Below are positions 57,654 through 64,000 of a stretch of DNA of 64,000 bases, in pieces. Location of the stretch: assembly GCA_027717985.1 (NCBI GenBank), contig JALLOO010000002.1:7257-71256 (forward strand), written 5' to 3'. Every line of letters begins with the position of its first letter. Position 1 is the stretch's first letter. The notes below the pieces were generated by a model. That model saw only the letters and a program-made list of their open reading frames with translations, did no database searches and was not told the origin of the DNA. The position numbers and the translations under genes were made by a program. The stretch comes from Patescibacteria group bacterium AH-259-L05. Lineage in GTDB: Bacteria; Patescibacteriota; Patescibacteriia; UBA2591; UBA6264.

Positions 57654-58664
57654 TTATTTTAATGCTTCTTGGCTCGCAATTACTTCTAGAATTTCGTTCG
57701 TAATAGCAGATTGGCGTGCTTTGTTATAAAACAAGGTGAGATTTGTTAGAATTTCTCCTGCATTATCAGATGCATTTTTCATCGCAACCATTCGTGCAGA
57801 ATGTTCAGACGCATTTGTTTCTAAAATCATATGGTGGATTTGAATTTTAACTAAGAGGGGTAAAAGTTTGTCAAGTATTATTTCTTGTGATGGTTCAAAT
57901 ATATATTCGTAGTTATATGGAGATGAAGTTTGTTTTTTCCTTGACTCGCTTTGCTCGCTCGGAATGACAGGGGAGGGAGAGGGCTCGCTCGGAATGACAG
58001 GGGAGGGAGAGGGCTCGCTCGGAATGACAGGGGAGGAAGAGGCATATCTGACGGATTGGGGAGTAATCCCTTTGACAATTTCTTCAATCCCCATTTTTGT
58101 AATTGGTAAAACTTGGCGGATAACAGGATCTTGTTTTAGCGTGGAAATAAAGTTGGTATATGCGCACATAATTTTTTTATATTGACCGTTTTTATATATA
58201 TCAATAATTTTTTCAGCAAAAGGCAGTGTTTGTTCTAACTTTATATAATCACCAAAACCAGTAAATTCATAATGTACGGGTATATTTCGAAAATCAAAGT
58301 ATTTCTTTGCTTTTTTCCCAACCGTGATAATATCGATATCATCGTTTTTTTGAATGTAAGCATGCGTCTTTTTTAGCATATTATTATTATATCCGCCACA
58401 TAAACCTTTATCACTGGTAATGATAACAAGACATAGTTTGTTTGTCTGCGTTTTTTTTCTTAGTAAGAGGTGACGCTTTTGAGACACTTGTTCACTTACA
58501 TTTGAAAGAAGTTTGAGCGCATGTTCTGTATAAGGACGAGCATTGAGCGCATATTCTTGCGATCGCCGCATCTTAGTTGCGGAAACTGCTTCCATTGCAC
58601 GGGTAATTTGCTGCGTGTTTTTAATTGAGCGCATTCTGCGCTTTATATCTCGTCGAGATTCCAT
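57654..58664 (-). CDS. atpG: F1 ATP synthase gamma subunit with repeat-encoded insertion of roughly 45 aa
   Basis: The gamma N- and C-terminal helices are conserved. The internal SSSPVIPSEPSPSPVIPSEPSPSPVIPSEQSE is encoded by a 3x30-nt tandem repeat at 57953-58042. Confidence 0.85.
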   Translation of the reverse strand: MESRRDIKRRMRSIKNTQQITRAMEAVSATKMRRSQEYALNARPYTEHALKLLSNVSEQVSQKRHLLLRKKTQTNKLCLVIITSDKGLCGGYNNNMLKKTHAYIQKNDDIDIITVGKKAKKYFDFRNIPVHYEFTGFGDYIKLEQTLPFAEKIIDIYKNGQYKKIMCAYTNFISTLKQDPVIRQVLPITKMGIEEIVKGITPQSVRYASSSPVIPSEPSPSPVIPSEPSPSPVIPSEQSESRKKQTSSPYNYEYIFEPSQEIILDKLLPLLVKIQIHHMILETNASEHSARMVAMKNASDNAGEILTNLTLFYNKARQSAITNEILEVIASQEALK

Positions 58665-58670
58665 ATGATT

Positions 58671-60206
58671 TTATTCTTTGGAAAAAGTATTTTTAAATTC
58701 CTTAATTATATTTTGTAATTTTTTTTCTGTTTTTTCGTCTAAATCTTTATTTTTATGAATACTCTCTAAAAGCTCGGAGTGCATATTTTCTGCATATTCA
58801 AGAAATTTGTGTTCAAATTCTTTGATTTTTTCTACCCCAATATCGTCAAGAAAGCCATTTACTGCAGCATAGATAACAATGACTTGTTTTTCAAATGTAA
58901 GCGGACTATATTGAGGTTGTTTTAAAATTTCAGTAACTCGTTTACCTCGTTCAATTCGTTCTCGCGTTGCTTTATCAAGATCAGCGCCAAACTGAACAAA
59001 AGCAGCGAGCTCTCTGTATTGCGCTAATTCCAATCTGAGTTTGCCTGCTACCTTTTTCATTGCTTTTGTTTGCGCTGCTGAACCAACCCGTGATACGGAA
59101 AGACCAACATTTAATGCTGGTCGAATACCAGCATAAAATAGTTCTGGTTCTAAATAAATTTGGCCGTCAGTAATTGAAATAACATTGGTGGGAATATATG
59201 CAGAGACATCACCTGCTTGCGTTTCAATAATAGGGAGTGCAGTAAGTGATCCTCCGCCATGTTCTTTATTCAGTTTTGCTGCACGTTCCAAAAGACGGGA
59301 GTGGAGATAAAAAATATCACCAGGATAAGCTTCTCTTCCAGGCGGGCGGCGTAAAAGGAGCGAGATTTGTCTATATGACCAGGCATGTTTTGTTAAATCA
59401 TCATATATTACTAATGCATCTTTCCCTTTATCCATAAAGTATTCTCCTATAGCACATCCTGCGTAGGGCGCGATGTAAAGTAAGGGGGCAGGCTCAGACG
59501 CAGAGGCTACAACAACAGTAGTATACTCCATTGCCCCTGCTTTTTCTAACGTTGCAATAATTTTAGCTATTTTTGAATCTTTTTGGCCAATGGCAACATA
59601 AATACAAATAGGACGATTTTGCTTCGGTTCCTTTAGCTGGTTAATAATTGTATCAATTACGAGTGCGGTTTTTCCGATTTGTCGGTCGCCAATGATTAAC
59701 TCTCGTTGACCCCGGCCAATAGGTATCATAGAATCAATACTTTTAATACCAGTGTGAAGCGGTGCATTTACTGATTCTCGAGTGATGACGCGGGGCGCAA
59801 CATGCTCTATAGGATAAAAGTTTTTTGTTTTAATTTCTCCTTTTCCGTCGAGAGGTGTTCCCACAGGATTAACAACACGCCCAACAAGGGCATCACCAAC
59901 AGGGACTTGTAAGATTTTGTTTGTTGATTTTACTTCATCACCTTCTTTAATATGTTTATACTCACCCAAGATTACCGCGCCGATTTTATCTTCTTCAAGA
60001 TTAAGTGTAAGTCCATAGATTAGCTCATTTGTTTCAGGGTCTTGAGGAAATGCTAACATCTCTGATACCATTGCGTCTTTCAAGCCAACAATGGTAGCAA
60101 CACTATCTCCAACTTTTACTACTTTTCCAACCGTTTCCTTACTAATTTCAGGCTTAAATCCTTGGATTTGTTTTTTTAATTCTTCAATAATGTAGTCTTT
60201 AGCCAT
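58671..60206 (-). CDS. atpA: F1 ATP synthase alpha subunit
   Basis: GDRQIGKT plus alpha signature motifs. Confidence 0.95.
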   Translation of the reverse strand: MAKDYIIEELKKQIQGFKPEISKETVGKVVKVGDSVATIVGLKDAMVSEMLAFPQDPETNELIYGLTLNLEEDKIGAVILGEYKHIKEGDEVKSTNKILQVPVGDALVGRVVNPVGTPLDGKGEIKTKNFYPIEHVAPRVITRESVNAPLHTGIKSIDSMIPIGRGQRELIIGDRQIGKTALVIDTIINQLKEPKQNRPICIYVAIGQKDSKIAKIIATLEKAGAMEYTTVVVASASEPAPLLYIAPYAGCAIGEYFMDKGKDALVIYDDLTKHAWSYRQISLLLRRPPGREAYPGDIFYLHSRLLERAAKLNKEHGGGSLTALPIIETQAGDVSAYIPTNVISITDGQIYLEPELFYAGIRPALNVGLSVSRVGSAAQTKAMKKVAGKLRLELAQYRELAAFVQFGADLDKATRERIERGKRVTEILKQPQYSPLTFEKQVIVIYAAVNGFLDDIGVEKIKEFEHKFLEYAENMHSELLESIHKNKDLDEKTEKKLQNIIKEFKNTFSKE

Positions 60207-60208
60207 TT

Positions 60209-60595
60209 TTATTTCAATTGTTGTTTTAATGAATTAAGCTGTTTTTTAATAGATCCATCAATAACAGTATCGCCAATTTGTATTTTTGCCCCTCCAATTA
60301 AACTTGGATCAACAATCTGTTTTATCTGTATTTTTTTATATGGTAATGCCTGCTGTATTTGTTTTATCGTGTCATTATCAAAGGCATTCGCGCTTGTAAT
60401 AATTGCTTCAGTAATATTTTTTGTTTGTTTATCAATTGAGGACACTTTATCAAGTATTTGTTTAAACAACGTAGCATCATTGTTTTTTACAAGAATGTTA
60501 TGAAGATTATTAATATAAGTTTTTATGTCAGATTTTTTTGAGTCCTCAATGCATTCATATAAAGCGTGTGCATATTGTTGTAAGGTATAACTCAT
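60209..60595 (-). CDS. atpH: F1 ATP synthase delta (OSCP) subunit, short (128 aa)
   Basis: C-terminal …[27 protein letters not shown]; placed between atpF and atpA. Confidence 0.7.
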   Translation of the reverse strand: MSYTLQQYAHALYECIEDSKKSDIKTYINNLHNILVKNNDATLFKQILDKVSSIDKQTKNITEAIITSANAFDNDTIKQIQQALPYKKIQIKQIVDPSLIGGAKIQIGDTVIDGSIKKQLNSLKQQLK

Positions 60596-61098
60596 GTAGT
60601 ATCTTTTAATACTTTTAATGTTTTTTGTGTTAGATCTTTTTGTTTTTGTTCAGTCATTTCTTGTTCTAAGATTTTTGAAGTTGCCCCCGCGATAAGATCT
60701 GCAATATCGCTTCTTACTTGTTTTATCATTACTTCTTTTTCTGCTTGAATCTGACTTTTTGCATCATCAATTATTTTTTGCGCCCTTTTTTCTGTAGCAG
60801 CAATGATTTCTTGTTGTTTTTGGTCGCCTGTTTCTTTTGCTTTGGCAATAATGCTTTGCGCTTGCTTGTGAATTTTGGCAAGCTCTTGCTCTTTTTGCTC
60901 TTGAAGTTTTTCAAATGCTTGTTCTGCTTGTTCTGCTTTCTCTAATCCTGAAACAATTTTTTCTTTACGCATATTCATGAATTTGACAAGTGGAGCGTAT
61001 AAGAATTTTTTTAAAACAAAAAGAAGAATTACAAAATTAATAATTTGTGCAATAAGCAATTTCCACTCAACACCTAATTGGTGAATTAGTTCTTCCAT
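60592..61098 (-). CDS. atpF: Fo ATP synthase b subunit
   Basis: N-terminal TM and long charged coiled coil. Confidence 0.8.
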   Translation of the reverse strand: MEELIHQLGVEWKLLIAQIINFVILLFVLKKFLYAPLVKFMNMRKEKIVSGLEKAEQAEQAFEKLQEQKEQELAKIHKQAQSIIAKAKETGDQKQQEIIAATEKRAQKIIDDAKSQIQAEKEVMIKQVRSDIADLIAGATSKILEQEMTEQKQKDLTQKTLKVLKDTT

Positions 61099-61170
61099 AA
61101 TAATAAACTTACGAATCCATGAACGTAAGAACGCATGAACAATTTGTTCTTTAGTTTTTTAGTCGTTTGA

Positions 61171-61410
<240 letters not shown>

Positions 61411-62157
61411 TTAATGTGTTTCGCTGGTGGCGATTTTTAAAAATACCAAGGTAAGCATAGCAAATATAAGTGCCTGGACAAATCCAACAAATAATTCTAA
61501 TACCATAAAGGGAAGCGGTGCAATAAAAGGAATTAAAAATGCTATCACTACCAAGAGCACTTCACCAGCAAAAATATTGCCAAATAATCGAAATGAAAAA
61601 GAAATTAATTTTGCTATTTCAGCAATAAGTTCTAAAATACCTGTAAAGGTGAGGATAGGATTTTTAAAATTAATATATCTTGAAATATATTTAAAAGTTC
61701 CAATTGCAGTGATGCCAAAAATTTGTGTTGCAATAACTGCGACAATCGCCAAGGCCAGAGTCATATTAATATCACTATTGGTTGAGCGAAAAAAGGGGAT
61801 AAACATTTCATGGCCATTCTGAGCTTTGTCAATTTCGAAAAAACCAATAGTTCCAATGCCCGGAACCAAACCAAGCCAGTTCGATAAGAGGATGAATATA
61901 AAAATAGTTGCAATTAAAGGAAAAAATTGCTCTGCTTGTTTCTTTTCTCCAACAACTTTCTCTATAAAATTTAACATTGTTTCAACAATACTTTCAACAA
62001 CATTTTGTAATGGCGAAGGAATGAGTTGTAATTTCCGTGTTGCAATTATTGAAATAATAATTAATATAGCTATGGCAATCCATGACATCAAAAGCGTGTT
62101 GGTAATGGGGAAGCCAAACAAAGTAAATACATGTTCAGCAGCTAACGAAATATGCAT
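61411..62157 (-). CDS. atpB: Fo ATP synthase a subunit
   Basis: …SFRLFGNIFAGEVLL…. Confidence 0.9.
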   Translation of the reverse strand: MHISLAAEHVFTLFGFPITNTLLMSWIAIAILIIISIIATRKLQLIPSPLQNVVESIVETMLNFIEKVVGEKKQAEQFFPLIATIFIFILLSNWLGLVPGIGTIGFFEIDKAQNGHEMFIPFFRSTNSDINMTLALAIVAVIATQIFGITAIGTFKYISRYINFKNPILTFTGILELIAEIAKLISFSFRLFGNIFAGEVLLVVIAFLIPFIAPLPFMVLELFVGFVQALIFAMLTLVFLKIATSETH

Positions 62158-62226
62158 ATTTTGTAATTGAGGAATTTGAAAAATTCTGAAATTGAAGATT
62201 TCAAGGATTTTCCCAAAATTCCGAGA

Positions 62227-62490
62227 TTAGTTATGATCCGAAGGATCATGTCCTTCTCTATCCATTTCTTTAACAATTCTTTGTATTTTTATAAATACTA
62301 AAATAGATGAAATAATAAGTGATAATACAACGCCAGTTAAAAGAAAAATAGGGGAAGAATCATACTGTTTATCTAAGATTCTGCCCGCGATTGCAAAAAT
62401 AACAAGCGGTAGTGCAATAGCGTAGCCAAGTTGCATTGCAATAGAAATACTTTGCCATACAACAGATTTTTCTTTGTTTTCTTTTTTCAT
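62227..62490 (-). CDS. AtpZ/AtpI-like small membrane protein upstream of the atp operon
   Basis: Likely start MKKENKEKSVVWQSISIAMQLGYAIALPLVIFAIAGRILD; two TM helices. Confidence 0.5.
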   Translation of the reverse strand: MKKENKEKSVVWQSISIAMQLGYAIALPLVIFAIAGRILDKQYDSSPIFLLTGVVLSLIISSILVFIKIQRIVKEMDREGHDPSDHN

Positions 62491-62607
62491 TGATATAGTT
62501 CCTACTCTATTGATTATATAAAAAAATAGATTTATGGCAAGCCTAATACTTGACAAGTGGATAAAAGTGTGATATACTATAAACAATAATTAAAAAAGGA
62601 GGAGGTC

Positions 62608-62991
62608 ATGAATGTAGAAATCGTTAGTTCATCACCAATATTGCTTATTATACTCGGTGTTGTTGCTGCAGCCATAATTATAGTTATATTGGCTCTGGCT
62701 ATTATTCATCTGAGGCCAAAAGAGACGAAAAAAGAAGATGATAGTCAAAGTCTTGAAAAAGGTACTACCCCTAGCTCCACATCTACAAAAACAGGAAAGA
62801 AAAACATGTTTCAATACGTTCCGACCAAAGGAGAAAAAGTAGAAATTTTTCATAAAGGAAGATGGGGATCATTTGGGGAAGTACGTGATATAGTAGGTAG
62901 TAAGGCAGTTGTTCATATTAATGGTCAGCCAGATGATGATAATAGCAGGATAGTTCACCGAAGAACATTTGATAAAATTCGCCCTGTATAA
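62608..62991 (+). CDS. hypothetical N-terminally anchored protein (127 aa)
   Basis: SD AAGGAGGAGG; one TM helix followed by a soluble C-domain. Confidence 0.45.
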   Translation: MNVEIVSSSPILLIILGVVAAAIIIVILALAIIHLRPKETKKEDDSQSLEKGTTPSSTSTKTGKKNMFQYVPTKGEKVEIFHKGRWGSFGEVRDIVGSKAVVHINGQPDDDNSRIVHRRTFDKIRPV

Positions 62992-63079
62992 TAAGTTCTA
63001 TTCGAACAAAGTCCTGTTGATAAAAAAATGTCAACTAGGGCTTTTCTTTTTCTTTATTTTTTGATATATATAAGAATAT

Positions 63080-63325
63080 ATGAAAAAACTATTTGTATTT
63101 ATTTTAATTATTATTTTTCTTGCCATTGCAGGGCTGGCAGTATTTAAGATATTTAAGAAAAAACAAGGCAGTTGGTTTGAAACAATTCAAACTCAAGCAA
63201 GCCTTCAAGAGAGCGTTACAAAACAGACAGAGATTAATCCAGTAGAAAATTTACCAGAAACAAATGTATTTGAAGAGATTGAAATTAATCCGTTTGAACG
63301 AGGATATAAAAATCCATTTAAGTAA
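63080..63325 (+). CDS. small hypothetical membrane-anchored protein (81 aa)
   Basis: N-terminal TM MKKLFVFILIIIFLAIAGLAVF. Confidence 0.35.
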   Translation: MKKLFVFILIIIFLAIAGLAVFKIFKKKQGSWFETIQTQASLQESVTKQTEINPVENLPETNVFEEIEINPFERGYKNPFK

Positions 63326-63378
63326 AAGTAACCCGTAATTCGTTTTTAATTTTTTACTCGTTACTGCGTAAAGCATTT

Positions 63379-64000
63379 ATGAAATCAAAGAACATTTTTA
63401 TATATTCTATTATTCTATCCGCATTTTTTCTTGGCGTACTTTTTACCACATCAGCTATTTTTGCGCAGAATAATTTAGAAAATATTCAGTTTCCAGTTGC
63501 TGAACTGGGGAATTGTCAAAGTAGAGAGCAATGCGAAGCATTTTGTGAGTTAGAAGAAAATATTCTTGCGTGCGTAAATTTTGCCGAAGCCCATGGATTA
63601 ATGAGTTCACGTGAAGCACAAAGGGTAAGGAAGATGATGGAGCTTGGCATGACCTCTGGTCCAGGCGGATGTCGTGGAGAGAAGGAGTGTAAGAATTATT
63701 GCGACGACCCAACTCATATGCGGGAATGTATTATATTTGCAAAAGAACATAATCTTATGCCACCTGAAGAATTAGAAGAGGCAGAAATGGTTTTAAAGGC
63801 GTTAGAAAAAGGAGCAACATTACCAGGCGGGTGCACAAGCAAGGCGCGATGTGAGGTGTATTGTGAGAATCCAGATAATATAATTGAGTGTGTTGAATTT
63901 GCTGAAGCCGCAGGGTTTATCTCAAAACAAGAAGCTAAAATGATACGAAAAACGGGAGGCAAGGGACCAGGTGGTTGTCGTGGAGAAAATGAATGTGAAA
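63379..64000 (+). CDS. secreted Cys-rich repeat protein, 3'-truncated by the window edge
   Basis: Signal peptide MKSKNIFIYSIILSAFFLGVLFTTSAIFA/Q, then at least 3 repeats of a roughly 55-aa module C-x5-C-x3-C-x7-AC-x2-FAE-x-G…GPGGCRGE-x-EC-x2-YC. Confidence 0.55.
   Translation, partial: MKSKNIFIYSIILSAFFLGVLFTTSAIFAQNNLENIQFPVAELGNCQSREQCEAFCELEENILACVNFAEAHGLMSSREAQRVRKMMELGMTSGPGGCRGEKECKNYCDDPTHMRECIIFAKEHNLMPPEELEEAEMVLKALEKGATLPGGCTSKARCEVYCENPDNIIECVEFAEAAGFISKQEAKMIRKTGGKGPGGCRGENECE

Overview
This is a 64 kb, AT-rich, densely coded bacterial window. TGA behaves as a stop codon, and no rRNA, transposase, integrase or CRISPR is visible. The gene content resembles a small-genome uncultivated (Patescibacteria/CPR-like) bacterium; that assignment is an inference from gene content only.

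Recognisable genes include:
- a 3'-truncated aspartate kinase (lysC);
- a glycogen/alpha-glucan cluster with three GH57-family paralogs, glgA, an APH-like kinase, a PHP phosphoesterase and a PP2C phosphatase;
- ruvC, yebC, galU, tyrS, HIT and ASCH proteins;
- PBP1A, mltG, rfbB, a GtrA-family protein, lspA and a DksA/TraR-family zinc finger;
- rpsA, ftsH, dnaN, hup, ychF and tRNA-Lys(CUU);
- a HepT/MntA toxin-antitoxin pair and an AbiEii-like nucleotidyltransferase;
- a complete F-type ATP synthase operon (atpI-like, B, E, F, H, A, G, D, C).

The observations most worth a second look:
1. Thr attenuator. A classical threonine transcription attenuator sits upstream of aspartate kinase: a 17-aa leader peptide with eight consecutive Thr codons, plus mutually exclusive antiterminator and terminator hairpins.
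2. In-frame repeat insertions. A family of GC-rich palindromic repeats with a TGTCATCCCG...CGGGATGACA core is scattered between genes and is also inserted in frame into conserved genes (atpG, PBP1A, pgi).
3. AAGAACC-GAGCGAAGCGAG element. A second dispersed element sits next to gene starts, creates false N-terminal ORF extensions, and at one locus supplies the C-terminus of glgA.
4. Tandem gene cassette. Two adjacent unknown genes each have their own consensus promoter and a ~140-nt 5' leader that is far more conserved than the coding regions.
5. Secreted paralog cluster. Four tandem secreted bitopic membrane proteins share a conserved GGxxWMTSGGN motif with VirB2/TrbC-pilin-like topology; one is fused to a Cys-rich domain and a peptidoglycan-binding domain. 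They lie next to a putative mannosylation operon (pgi/pmi, GT-C, GT2).
6. Large secreted protein. A 1089-aa protein combines an HExxH metallopeptidase domain, a beta-propeller and an aromatic C-terminus.
7. Other candidates. A small ORF with a strong SD and one in-frame TGA followed by a hairpin, and a GCS2-like ligase paired with a GATase1.
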